DNA from: Lama guanicoe
Taxonomy: Eukaryota
Length of the DNA stretch: 64,000 nt
Direction: 5' to 3'
Assembly: GCA_013239625.1 (NCBI GenBank)
Contig: MU054212.1
Span: 9,038,898-9,102,897, forward strand
The notes beneath the pieces are model-generated. The model was given only the letters and a program-made list of their open reading frames with translations. It did not search any database and was not told the DNA's origin. This document shows, piece after piece, positions 25,601-38,503 of this stretch. The translations under genes and the position numbers were made by a program. Numbering within the stretch: position 1 is the stretch's first letter; each line of letters starts with the position of its first letter.

Positions 25601-28299
25601 AGCAGGAGGCATGGGACCTCTGTGGCTGTGCTTTTCAGCACTGAGATTTGTGAGCCATGCAGGTTTCCTCCCCAAAGACAGAGCAGGAATGGTTCCCAAT
25701 GGCCTTTAATTAATTTGCCCTCTACTCCTTGTTATTATAAGTGAGTTGAGCTTGTAATACACTAATTGCATCTTTCATTTTAAACGGCACGAACCATGGA
25801 GAGAAAAGACGAGAGGGATTATGAAGACTTAAGAAGTGATGTTCTGATTACACTTCTGATCCCCACCGCGCTTGTAGGCTCCTAATTGCCCTTTCCTCAA
25901 AGGCTAACACCACACAAATGACTGCCCCCAGGCAGATTCAATGTGGAAGGGGTGGGGGAATAAATGGGCACTTTCATTTACTGGCCAAGCTTGGGCTGTG
26001 CTTGACCTGAGAATAATGAATGTATGATCGCCCCCACTCTCAGCGTCTCCCCAGCTGCTGGGGCCAGCACTGCCAATTCCATTCCATGGGACCTTCCGTA
26101 GCCTGAGCTGTCGTGAGCTCCCTGCCACCCGGGGGTGTGCTGGTGGGCCGGGGCGTCTCTGCACACTTGGGACGTGGCAGTCTCAAAGCTTCAGGAGAAT
26201 GGCCAACCTTTCGGGCTCCAACCTGATCCCAGTCCTACATTTTACACACGAGGATTCCGCTTTGAGTTTTCCTGCTGTGCTCTTCTGATGTTTGCCGGGA
26301 GGGGTCCCACATCTCACTATTTAGTCCCCCAGGCACCCTTTTCCCTAATGCTGTGGCTTAGGACCCTGAAGCTGAGTCTTGGTGGCAGGAACCGTCTTTT
26401 TCCCTACATGGCCCCCTGGGAGGGCTGCACCATCCTCACTGGCATGTGTCCACAACTGAGGTGGACAAGGAGTAGAAAGGAGCTACGTCTGAGTTCCTGG
26501 GAGAAGTGTGAAGTTCACAGACAGGTGAAGCCTCAGGAGCTGCCCTCTTGCTGGCTTAGGGTGGGCTCCAGTTCCCTCCTCCCCGTTCAGCAAGCATTTG
26601 GGGTCTTTTTTTCTTTTGCATTGCCTGATTTTCAGGCAATGTGCATGCATAAATTCCCTCCCTTGGGACTTGAGGCCCATTGGGGCAGTCTACACAGTTT
26701 ATTGGGTGTAGGTGGAGGGTCAGAGGGCCTCCCCGCTCTGCCCCACCATCCATGGGCTTAAGCCAAGGGAGCAGTGACACCCACACGTACAGACCCACAG
26801 ACACACCTGCAAGATCCACACAGAGCAGTTGCAGACGCTCAAGGCAGAACAAGGGCGCCCCGAGGCTATCAGTCACCCTGCATTGAGGAAGCCTCAGATT
26901 CCCCATGTCACTCAGGACTGGGACTCACTCCTGAATTTTGCATACACAGCCTGCTTCTAAAGGAGTGATTGATGTTCAGTAGGGCAGGCACTCATGAAGC
27001 ATACCCTTGGGAAGCCGGTAGGCTACCCTCTGTTGCTAGGTGGGCCCTTCACACTCATTTAAGCTAAAGGGGAGGCCAGCACAGCCCTGGTGAACCTGAC
27101 TTTTTGTTTGATGAGGCCTGGATGTGACATAAATGGAACACTCAGTTGCTTGAACTCAGAGTGTCCCCCAGCAGTTAAAGCTCCAGACCACACCGCCCGT
27201 GGCACGCTAGCCCAGCAGCAGGGAAGCCAGGACTTGGGCTGTGGGAAGGAGTACCTCTCTTACGGCCCATCAAAGGGCCAGTAGCAGTCTTTGGTTTGGG
27301 TATGATACTGGATGTGGTAAAAAACACCTGCTGGCTCCTCTTCTACCAGCAAGAATTGTACCTCTCATAAAATAACAAATCATATGTCATTTACAGACAT
27401 CTTTCATCCCTAATCCTTTCTAACCTCTTGGTAAACAGTGGTGTCTCTTAAAATGTATGTTTAAAATCAGGAGAACAAGTCAAGTAGTGCATAGAGACTT
27501 TTTGGTACCGCTATGTTTTTAAAATAGATGGCAATTTTGAGTTTTAATTCACTGTGATTACATTTTACATCACGATATTGGTTCTTTTTAGAGAGGTAAT
27601 ATCAATTGCCTATTCCAAAAAGTCAGTATTCTAGAGTATTTCTTTGGATGAATATTTGATCATTTTAATTTTGATTCCAGTATTATTCTCATGAGATATG
27701 GGGACAGAGTCATAACATTTATTAAAATGTTTATTGCAGAGAAAAAGGGAAGGTTTGCAGTATGTTGGGAGAGGGTATCTTTGACCATAAAAATGAAATT
27801 TCACTGCCAATCACTTTTATGAAAGATTGAAAAAAAAAAAAGCTAGAATTTAACAGATGCCAGATGGAAGGATTTATGATCTAGACCTCACCTCGTGCTT
27901 TATGGCTTATGGAATTAAAAAGCAAAATATTTTAAAGGACATTTCAGCTGAAATAGATAATATTCTTATAATAATTTCCTCATATTAAGGAAAGAATTAT
28001 TATTTGGAAATCATACCACTTTATTATTCAGCTTTGTTTGGAATAGACAATTATTTAAATAAAACATAACTAAGTTTTTAAAAAATTAAAGACAATTGGA
28101 ATGAACAGTACTTATTCCTCCAATAGAAATTGTTGTTTGTTTTAATTAAGACACTTGGCAAAAAAGGGAGGGGGAGAGATTTTTGGCACCACTCCGAGAT
28201 ATCTTTGGCATTCGTACAAGGATGTTTCTCATCAAAGGGTGAGGCTTCCCTGAAGTCTTCTGTTCTAGTGCCACAGAGGAGTCTTTTGTGATGTCCTAG

Positions 28300-29850
28300 A
28301 GGTTAAAAATACAGAGAACGCATTCCAATTAAAAGATAGTCAGATTAAACAAAAACAAGTTGCAACTGTATCTACAAGAAACTTTACATAGACAGGTTAG
28401 AAATAAAAGGATGGAAAAAAAGATACATCATGCTAACACTAACCAAGCACTGACTAACCATATTAGTATTAGAGAAGTAGACTTTAAAACAAGGAATATT
28501 GCCAGGGATGAAGAGAGACATTACATAATGATAAAAGGTCAATTAACCTAAAAGCTGCAACCATCCTACTTATGAGTGTACTTAACAACAGGACTTCAAA
28601 GGACCTAGAGCAAAACCTCATAAAGTTAAGAAGAGAAATAGACAAACCCAGTATAACAGAGAGTTCAGTAGTCCTGTCACAGAAAAATGCTGAACAGACC
28701 AATGGAAGCTTGGTAAGAATAGAAGACCTGAACAGCACCGCCATTTACCTGGTAAGTATTTATGGAACAGTTCCCCTCAATAATGGCAGAATACACATTC
28801 TTCTCATGTGTTCGTGAGACTGTCATCAAGAAAAAACCGTATTCTGGGCCATGAATTAAACCTTAATAAACTTAATATAATTGATATCATACAAAGTATA
28901 TGTTCTAACCATAAAGAAATTAAACTAGTAATCAGTAATGGAAAGATGCCTGGAAAACCCCTAGTATTCGGAAGCTAAGCGGATACTTCTAAAGAAACCA
29001 GAGGTTAGCAACGACAACAAAAAACCCCACAGAATTGAGTTATTCCCTTTTGAAATGAATGAAATGTTCAACTCTTATTCAATTTTGAACTGAATGAAAA
29101 TAAAAACACAATATGTCTTAAGTTTGCAGAATGCAGCCAAAGTAGTGCTTAGAGAGAAATGTGTAGCATCAAATACTTACATTCCACAAGAAGAACGGTC
29201 TTCTCAAATCGATTAAGTTTCCACCATAAGAAACTGGAAAAAAAAAAAAACAGCAAATTAAGCCAAAAGCAAGCAGAAGGGAGAAAATAATGAAATAGAA
29301 ATCATAAAAGCAATGAAAAAAGGAATGTGCTGAAAAGCTGATTCATTGAAAGGACTGATAAAATTGATACATCTCTAGCCTGACTGACCAAGCAAAAAGG
29401 AAAAAAGACAGATTACTAGTATCAGGGGTAAAAGAGAGGAGATTGCTGTAGGCAATAAAAGGATGATATGGGAGTATTATGGACAACCTTATATCCATAC
29501 ATTTTTTTTTTTACAACTTAAAGGAGATGGAGAAATACCTCGAAAGACATAAATTACCGAAGCTCCTTCAAGAAATGGGTAATCAGAATAGCCCTATGTT
29601 AACTGAAGAAATTGAATCCAGAGTTAAAAACCTTTTTTACTAAAGAAAACTCTGGGCACAGGCAGTTTCACTGGAGAACTCTGCCAAACATTTAAGGAAT
29701 AAAAAATTGCCAGTCTGCACAAGCTTGTTCTGAAAGTAGAAGAGGCGGGAACACTCCCAGCTCGTGAGGCGCCTCAGTGTCCACATTACAAGAAACGAAA
29801 ACTGTAGGTGAATGTTCCTCAAGAACAGACATTAAAAATCCTCGACAAAA
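28300..29850 (+). mobile_element. Degenerate L1 ORF2 fragment (endonuclease domain into linker)
   Basis: The + strand is A-rich. ORF remnants such as KKIHHANTNQ, DFKTRNIARDEERHYIMIKG and QNLIKLRREIDK are homologous to the L1 ORF2 EN domain, with many stops and frameshifts. Confidence 0.9.
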
Positions 29851-30749
29851 GGTCATTCTCATCTGAATTTTTTTCTACTAATACTTAATCCTAATTAAAA
29901 AAAAAACCAGTATTTTGACTATAGCACCAAATACTAGAATCTTAACAGTCAGAATACGACAAATCATAATCCTTATTCAGATGAATTTCAATCCGTGACA
30001 AATCACTAGTAACTACAGGAGACTCTAACTAGGAAATTGTGAACCTATTTAAGACGTATTTCTGCCTGTCACCTGGTGGTATATAAGCCGGAAGGTCCAA
30101 CACAAGCCTTGTTAGCTTATAAGGAGGTGGTGGAATTGGCTCTCTTCTGCTGATCCTCTTGCTGGATACGCTAAATCTGGCCCTGTTCTTCAGGGTGTTT
30201 GTAGCCCTCGGCTTGCATCTGAGAGCTTTATTCTTACTTATTAGAAATGGTACTGGCAAAAGACAAAGTCCGTTCCTCCGAAATTTGAACATTCCAAGAT
30301 GTGAGCTGTAGAAACTGGAGGAAGAAATGATCGCCCAGGGACTCAGGTACTACAGGGGTGACTCAGCTCAGTCTGTTTATTTATTACTTATGTCTTTTGA
30401 GGCCATGCAGACACTTTAGAGGTCCCTTGCAAGTCATCAGGCCTCATTTCTTAGAGTCTGTGATGAATTAGATGTTTAGTTCGGGGATGGTTGGTTCTTT
30501 TGGAGTCTTCCTGGCTCCTTATGTTCAGGAAGGTGAAGGGTTCTCTCTTAATTGAAACATCATAATTAACAAGCGACTGTGGACCGTATATTGTATTTAC
30601 AGGTGGTGCATTCCGTGGTGGGCAGACAACTGGGAGGCCCTGGGGTCAGATACCGCCCCCCAGGCCCCGTCCTCACAGAATCCCACTTCTGCCCCTTAAG
30701 CTGTGTGTGTAGGTTGTGAGTCTGGAGGAGCCTGGCCTCCTAAGGAGCC

Positions 30750-31005
30750 AAGAGACCAGGGTGTCTGCAGCACAGCAAGGGAGGGGGGCCAGGGCTGTGT
30801 GACTGAGGGTTTGACGGACCACATGAAGGATTTTGGATTTCATGCTCAGGGCAGCCACTGAAGGGTTTAAATGGGCGCAATGATGTCACTGGTGGGTCGT
30901 TTTCGCCCAGTGCTTCTGGCCTTGGTCAGGAGAGTGAATGAGAAGAAGGGGAGAGGGCAAGATGTCCATAGGGAGGCCTCTGAGGAGGCTACTGCTGTTC
31001 AAATA
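30750..31005 (-). mobile_element. L2 fragment
   Basis: gaaggattttggatttcat...gcagccactgaagggtttaa...gaggaggctactgc matches an antisense L2 pattern. Confidence 0.55.
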
Positions 31006-31937
31006 CTGAGCCTCACCCCCCTCCATCATTTTAAGTCATTCTCAGATGGGGGCCTGTTTACCTCCAGGGTGCAAAGTGGGCCTCTCCTCATAACTAGACT
31101 TATGCTAAGTCTCTTAGAGCTGTATGTTCCAGACCCTTCCACTCAGGTCCATGCCGCTCACACAAGGGGAGAATGTGGCTCTGCCATTACCACCCCCTTC
31201 CACTGGGGGTGGCATTGAAGCTCAGGGTTGCTGGCCATGAACGTGGTATGGCTTTGAACTCTAGTGTTCTAAGTATTTTAAATAATTTTGCATTCCACTT
31301 CATCATATCAGAGCGGGGCTCTGCCATCTTCCTTGCTCCTGGCCAGGACCCCTCCTTGAACCCATCTCACATGAGTGAGAACCCAGGTGCAGGCAGAGCT
31401 AAGGTGGGGCTCCTGCTGAAAGGGCCGTCACCACGGGAGCCAGTCAGCCCTTAGAGCCACGGTGCTGCTCCTGGGTCTGTCGAGGTGAGCCTCAGATCCC
31501 AGGGAAAGGAGGCAACTCAAGATGTCTGAGCCCAACTGCAGAAAGCATGGTGGTGCCGGGGCTGGGAGCAGGGAAGGAGAGAGGCAGAAGGACCACTTCC
31601 GTCTTGGCTGCATTAATTTTCTGGATATAATTGGCGATTGAGTACAGTAGTCTAGGAACAGCTGGACTGGAGAGAGGGAGGGCGAGGGCTAAGGGTTCAG
31701 ACCTGGGCACCTTTCCCACGACTCACACCTCCCCTCCACCCGCCTCCTGTAACAGCCCAGACAATTCTTTACCGTGTTGGGGGTGAGGTCTGTATCCTAA
31801 ATGAATTTCTTTTGCATACTTTTCCAGTGGAAATTCTAGCATTGTTGTGGAACTCTAGAATAAAAGCATCCTCTCTGTGTTTTTACCATCTGTTGCGTCA
31901 GTTTGATTAATTTTCTATGTTGTATTCTTTCTTTCAG

Positions 31938-32005
31938 AAAAACTGTACAACTCCAGTGGACGAGATTTAAGAAGGGCCCTTTTCTCCCTGAAGCAGATAT
32001 TTCAG
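31938..32005 (+). CDS. FHOD3: FHOD3 internal coding exon (68 nt, probable exon 4), phase 1 to phase 0
   Basis: The acceptor ttctttctttcag ends at 31937 and the donor GTAAAA starts at 32006. It reads [G]AA AAA CTG TAC AAC TCC AGT GGA CGA GAT TTA AGA AGG GCC CTT TTC TCC CTG AAG CAG ATA TTT CAG = (E)KLYNSSGRDLRRALFSLKQIFQ, recognised as FHOD3 N-terminal sequence. Confidence 0.95.
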
Positions 32006-32149
32006 GTAAAAAAGAAAAAAGTTCTCTCAGGTCTTGTTTTTGTATGGCTTGTGGGATTAGATGCAGACAAGGTTCTACCTTTTACTGATTACAAAAATGA
32101 AAAGTCTCTTCAGGGTACAATGTAAATTTGGCCAAAATATCAGTTATGT

Positions 32150-32665
32150 ATTTTTACCATATGGAATATTTCAAGCAAAATGAGAAGTAAAGGAAACTAT
32201 CAAATCACAGTATTTTCCCATATTGACTAAAGATTTAAAAAATACCTGCTATAGATACAATTGAAGTCTTGTGTTCGCCTCTTCAATACTAAACGCCCTC
32301 TTCCCACCCCACCCTGGGCCCCCTCAGTGTCCTGTGTCGTGTTTATCATGCAAATGCCCGTTTCCATACTCGTGGTGAATATTCACCAACCACATGCGAT
32401 GTTCCTCTCTGTTAACTTTGCATGCATGTTATCATGCTGTGTGTATCCTGTTTCAGCTTCCTTAGTGAGAGCAGAATAGGTGTGGACGCTACCCAGGTAG
32501 CTCTGAGTGAAGATCCCATTGTATGAAGAAACCACAAGTTGCCTTGTTCATTCTTCTGTTGGCGGACAGCTGGGTTCATTTCCAGGGTTCTGCTGCCATG
32601 GACCGCGCCGCAGGGACGCGCCCCCGTGTGCCCGTGCGCGCGCATCCCTGTCGGGTTCTACCTTC
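32150..32665 (-). mobile_element. Ancient L1ME-like 3' fragment
   Basis: cccattgtatgaagaaaccacaag...ttcattcttctgttggcggacagctgggttcatttccag matches the antisense L1M motif ccattgtatg...gttgatggacatttgggttgtttccag. Confidence 0.6.
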
Positions 32666-33099
32666 TCCTCCTCTCCTAAGCCTTCCCTCTGCTTCTCCCC
32701 TGGGAGAGTCACAAGCTTAGTGCAGAGGATGAGGACAGGTGTGCAGGCAGATTCCATGACTGTTACCCACAAGAGACTGCAAAAGAACGAGCTGGGGGTG
32801 GAGGGTGAGCTCGTCTTGCCTGGGCAGGGTCAGGAGAGGCGGGACGCGACTCCATGGAGAAGATGGATTTGCATTGAGCTCGCGTCTAGTGGATAGATGC
32901 ATCATTCTTCTATTATGATTTTAGACTCTAGCGTGTATACCGTTTCTCTTCAGTTCCCATCTCCTTCTCATTCTTAAGACTTTCCTTGTCGGTGATAGTT
33001 GTAGCCAGTGGCAATTCCTTTCCTGGGTGTTTTCCTGTCTGAAGGGGTTGGCAGAAAGTCAGGCCAACAATCCATCCCACCTGCACGTTCTTGTCCCAT

Positions 33100-33870
33100 T
33101 TTTAAACATGTTCACCCATGCCCTCATCCTTTTCCCAGGGCAGAGCCCTTCTCTTTGACATTTCTAGAGATGAGTCCTTCTTTCTCATCTTCTGACAGCT
33201 ACAGGTGTGAACCTGAGTCACCACTGCACCCTCATGTTGCACGTCTCAGAAGTGCCTTGGGGTCTGGGGTCTGCCTTGGTTTGTGCCATTTCTTCTGGAA
33301 AAATTGTAACTGCCATCATGGGCAACACCTGCTTTTGGTCCCCCCCAACTCAATCCCTGCATTAGCTTCTTGGGGTTGATGAGGTCCTTCTTTTGCTGGT
33401 TCCGCATCGCCTTCTGGGTTACATCTGAATCTCTCAGTGTAATGCTGAGGTCCTTCTGGATCTGGCCTCTGCTGCCCACCTCTCCATCCTTGGCTGCACC
33501 AAAGTCTCACCTGTGATTAAGTTCTGGGGCCAAGCTGTGCCCTTTCTCTTCTGCATCTTTGCCCCTGGACCTATTGCTTCTTTGCCAGGATACGTTGCCA
33601 CCCCCGATCCACTCTCCATGTCTCTTAGTTGCCCACCTGGGATCTTTTCCTGCCAGGGATGCTCTCCCTAAATGAGCCCTCACTGCAGTCAGGAGATCTC
33701 CAGATGCCTCTAAAGCTCTCTGTGCTCATCTCTGGGATAGAACTTAGGACACTACAGGGTACTTGTCTGAGTCCGGACACCTGTGAGCTCCCTAGGTTTC
33801 ATCACTGAGTCTTTGGGGCCTCAGACAGTGTCTGCTTAAGCAGTAGATGAACAGGCTGGGTGAACTGCAT
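33100..33870 (+). mobile_element. Degenerate L2 fragments
   Basis: Pyrimidine-rich L2-like body ending ctgtgagctcc...cagtgtctgcttaagcagtag...gaac. Confidence 0.45.
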
Positions 33871-34229
33871 ACTCCTGTAGCAAATGTCGGTCTTCAATCT
33901 TTCCTGTCTCTAATTTAGTAAATACTTCACTAGCTACTTGTCCCAGAGTTTCACTTCCCATGTATCGCTCTGTGTCTCCCTGCTTTTAGCTGAGCCAAAC
34001 TTCTTCACCCTCCACGATGTCCTCCTCTCGAACTCAGATCCCTGATGGCAGTAGGGCTGGACCCTTACTCCACCGCTCCTCACCCTAACTCATTTGTGTA
34101 GTCCCTCAGCCCACCTGCTGTTCCTGTTGTTCAGCTTCGGCTTCTTTCAAAACCTGTGTTCACCTCATTGAGTAGCCAGTTGAACCACACAGAGAAGAGA
34201 GATTCCAAGTGACTTTAAAACACTGCGAT

Positions 34230-35822
34230 TGGTGTGCCCTGGGGAGGATATACTCTGAGAACAAAAAGAACCACACACACACGAAGATCCACTGTTTTAA
34301 AACAATCCTATTGCTGGTGGTGGTGTTGATATTGCTATTCTGATACTGTTGTGTGTGTGTGTGTTCTTATTTTGTCATTCTGAGAGTTCTTAAGGGTTAG
34401 GATTCTTGGTGTATGGAAGGAAGCTGATGAAAGGTAGAACAATTGAGTCAAAAACTCTGGGTTCTTGAATTTAATCAGAAGTATCAGAATGAACCCATGG
34501 TGTTTATTATCTTAACAAACTTGCAAAAAAAAAAAGCGTATTTCTAGCTCTAAGTTTATTGAACGGGACTAGCAGCAATGATCAAGCCACGAGCAAAAGG
34601 CACCACTAGCACTGAGATTGTGGTCTTAAAGTACAGAAAGGAACCAGCGCTCCTTGGAGAAATAGCTGATTCCAAGTCTGGCATGGGAGACGGGTAAAAT
34701 AAACTTGGAACATCTTATCCTATCGATAGCAAGGAAGCTATCAAATACTACTAGGATTCTTGCCAAAGGAAGTCAGGAGCACGTTGAAGGGTCTCCCACT
34801 GGCTGGCTAAAGATGGACAATGTGAGCACCAACAAGGGTGTTAGTTACGATGGATCTGCATTGATGAGTTCATCATGACGCTAAAGAGTAACAATGATTG
34901 GTCGCCCTTGGAAGGAGATGCTGGTGAACCAGCTCTTTATTTTGAAACATAGATGAAGTTTTAGAATCATTAACTTATCTGACCTTTTCCTGTTTGGACT
35001 TTAGGATAATCAAGCCATTGTGGAGGGGAAGTTTTGCTTATAAAAATATTCTAGCTAAGAAGTAAGAAGGAATGATAGAGTTAGAATATCCATTAGAATG
35101 TTAGAATTTTGCAACCCTGAATAAGTTAAGCAATCTAGGAATTAAGCATCAAGACCTGCTGACGTGATGGAAATAAAATATAACCAAATATTACATTGCT
35201 TCCTCATGGAAACTCACACTGCCGTGGAGGACGTGATCAAGCCAACAAAATCAGCCCTGGATCTGATCATGCCTCTTACATGCAGTAACCAATTTATAAA
35301 TGATCTAGGACCAAGGCACATGTTGAACTACACCACAGGCATGTAATCAACAAAATCCAGAATATAGGCCACCCTGTAAGACAAATGATCTCGTTTCTTC
35401 GCACAAATTTCAAGGAAAAAAATAAAGAGATGAATTAAAAGACAATTAAAAGTTCTATCAGCTAATTGCCATATGTGGATCTTACTTATATCCTAATTCA
35501 AAATGTGAAAGAAAAATCTATTTTTGAGACAGTTGGAATTTTGATCAAAGACTAGACATTTGATAATATTGAGGAAGTATTAATTTTTCATTGTGAGCAC
35601 ATAATTTTAAAAAGAGTTCCTATACTTTGAAGGTACATATTGGAATATTTATGGATTAAATGATGTGGTGTTTGAGACGTGCTTCAAATTAATACGGCAG
35701 CAGAGAAGACTGGGATGATAGAGGAGACAGGGTTGATGTGAGATGATTGGTACCTAGGGTTCATGAAATTATTCTGTCTTCTTTTGTATAGGTTTAAAGT
35801 TTTCCATGGTGAAAAAGTTAAA
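34230..35822 (+). mobile_element. Old L1 (L1MC/MD-like) long 3' UTR
   Basis: Contains ctccttggagaaatagctgattcc, atgtggatcttacttatatcctaattcaaa and ggaatatttatggattaaatgatgtggtgtttg, and ends ttccatggtgaaaaagttaaa. Confidence 0.75.
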
Positions 35823-37502
35823 TACGTGTCAGGTCTCATTTTCATCCCCTCACCACGCTTGTTCTGTAGTGTTTTCTCTCTGAATTCTCAAGGATGCGGT
35901 TTCCAGCACTTACTCACCAAACAGATATTTTAGAGCAGCCTTTGTTGGCATTATGTAGGCAGGGAAGAAGGTGTTTGCTACCAGAAGTTTCATCTCTTTG
36001 GAAGACCACAGACCCGTGCACAGAACAGCTCTAAACCACAGGGCAGGGATGCTTTGGGTGGACTCCACAGGCTACAAGCGGTCTGGGGCTTAGATCACCT
36101 TCTCCACAGCCCCGGGTCTGTATCTCCATCATCTCTTACATTTTCTAGACGTGGAGGTTCTTTTCGGAACTAGAGGATAAGGGTGTAAAGAAAGAGCCCT
36201 TGGTTATTTGGATTGAGATGAATATTCATTGACCAGTAGGCATTTAAAAAAAAAATGACCACAGGTTAAATTGTGGCTTTTATGGAGAATTCTGAAAGTC
36301 GAGGATAATCTCTTATCAGTTAATGTTAAAATTTTGATTTCATTCTAGTCAGAAACCAGTGTTTTAAAAATCATGTATTAATGCCCATATATTTTAGGAT
36401 ATGTGTTCAAAATCTTGTATGTTGCCAATTCGGAAGACATTCTCCACATTTTTTATCCGTATGTTTTTATTTCCTAAGCACCTTATCTATATATGTGCAT
36501 ACATTTTAGTTAGGGCACTGAATTATTTTTGTAAACACCGTCTCCCCTGTCCAGTGTTTTTTCCGAGGACCTTGGCCAGGCAGTCAACTCTCTGCTATAT
36601 TAATATTAGCGATTAGCTTGAGTGGTTTCTTGAGAGCTTGTTCGTACTTTTTCACCATGAAGTCATGTGTGAATCTAGCTTTAGTTAAAGTAATAAACAT
36701 TTGTTACATGCTTGGAAAACCTTTCTGACTAGACATGAGCTCATCTAAATGTTCACTTTTCACATATGCTGGTGGAAAAGAACATGGATGGAGGGAGAAT
36801 TATTTTTATTTCCTTTATACATATGAGTGTAAAGTAATTTTCCAAAAGCTCATGATATTGTCCCGTTTTCTCTTGCTTCCTAAGCCATGATTATCTTGAA
36901 GTCTGACTTAGCACAGCTGTCTCTCATTACCTTCGGGGCACAAGCATTGCTCCCCCCACCCTGCGCCTCACTCCCCACCAACCCCCGTGCCCTCTGGACC
37001 GCAAGAGTGTGTTCTTGATTCAAAGGGAGCTTTTGCCTGGCTGCCCCCACTGAACTCAAGTCCTCCATCCATATAATTGGAAAATGCCATAAAATCAAAA
37101 CGAGGAGCTAATTTCAACATAGAGACAAGAGAATTGTGCCAGTGCGTGTAAATTATGTTTTTCTTTTTGGAGAGAAATCATGGTTTGCTGACCATTCCTA
37201 GAATAATAACCTTTCATTATTCCATTAAGCTTTCTGCTATTTACATCACTGAGGTTTTTTTATTTTTGCTCTGTTGTTATAATTGGAGATGAATGTGTCC
37301 TAGCTGCATTTGAGACAAGGCACAATCCAATGAGGCAGGCTCCTGAAACAGGAGTGGAAATATCCCTCCCAGAGAGCTCCATTGAACTTGGTACCGCCGG
37401 AAAGTGACTGGAGCTGGGGGCTGGCTGGACCTAGTTGGGTCATCTTGGCCAAAGGTTTGCCACTCTGGAATCTTTATCTGCAAAGAGAAGGTCGGATTAG
37501 AT

Positions 37503-37845
37503 CAGTGGTTCGTGAGCTGGTTGCCCTTTAGGATTTCCTGGGGGAGTTTAATAGCAGAGCCTGGGCCCCACCCCACAAATTGATGAAATCCATCTGGGTA
37601 GGGACCTGCTTCCTGTTCCTTTTCAAAGCTCCGCAGATGATCCTGCTGTGAGGGAGGCAGGGGTGAGAAGACTGAGCATCGCTGAATCCCCCGCAGGGCT
37701 TGCTAAGCACTGATTGCTGGGCTTCACAGTGGAGTTTCCTGTCTAGTAAGTCAGGATGGGGCCGGGTATTTTGCATTTTTTAACAAGTTTCCAGGTGATG
37801 CTCATGTGCCTTGTGGGTCTGGAGACCTCTCTTTGAGAGCCACTG
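37503..37845. mobile_element. MER5-family hAT-Charlie element with TIRs and 8-bp TSD
   Basis: The ends are CAGTGG...CCACTG and the flanks are GATTAGAT (37495-37502) / GATTAGAC (37846-37853). The interior contains tgcattttttaacaagtttccaggtgatgct. Confidence 0.85.
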
Positions 37846-38503
37846 GATTAGACGGCCCCTGAGATTCCTTCCATGTCCTGCCTGCTCTGATCAGGTCTGC
37901 AGGCCGACCAAAGTGGCTCTTTTGAGGGGCAGTGTGGCTGGTTCTGAGCTCTGCCTCCTCGCTTGTCCTGCAAGCAGCACGACTTGGGAGGTGGAAACAC
38001 TGCTCCCTTGCTTTCGCAGATACCGTTTGCAAGCCCCTGGTAACCATCCTTAGGGACTGTCTTTTGAAGCATGCGAATCGCTTGGAATCCTCCCCTCGAT
38101 GGTCTGCGCTGCAGCCCAGTGTTTCCTGTGCTCAAACCCAGCCAGCGTCATGTGGCTGGTCCCCAGGGACGGTGGGGGAGCGGAGCATGGCGATTTCTAA
38201 AGAATGAAAAACAGATCGCTATAAATATTCCTGACAGCCAGGGGGTTCATTTGCTTTATCTTTATTAGATTGCCCAGAAGGCAATAATCGGTCTTTGGCA
38301 AACAGCAACATGAAGACTGGTTGTGAAATTCCTCTGACAACAGTTAAGATGCTTCATTTGAATAGAGCAGAGCAATCTTCAGAGGTCGGTCTGGCTTCAA
38401 AGGCTTGTTCGTACTTTTAACAGCACAGCCTGGGTAGAGGATGGACTGGGACAGTATTTGAAGTCTCTTCTTCTTTCTTTTTCTTCTTCCCGTCTCCTGC
38501 CAG

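Larger units (their letters stand above)
1..31937 (+). other. FHOD3: 3' part of a long FHOD3 intron (probable intron 3)
   Basis: No upstream FHOD3 coding exon was recognised in the window. The region is repeat-rich and ends at the exon acceptor. Confidence 0.8.
32006..38503 (+). other. FHOD3: FHOD3 intron (about 6.5 kb, GT-AG, phase 0)
   Basis: It lies between the two in-frame exons and has canonical ends. Confidence 0.9.

Noticed and set aside
26135..26761. 208-aa + strand ORF
   Set aside because: It has a non-ATG start, no recognisable domain, and a composition typical of a chance ORF in a GC-rich intron.
31903..32088. 61-aa ORF across exon 4
   Set aside because: It is in the wrong frame. 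The true exon frame encodes KLYNSSGRDLRR.
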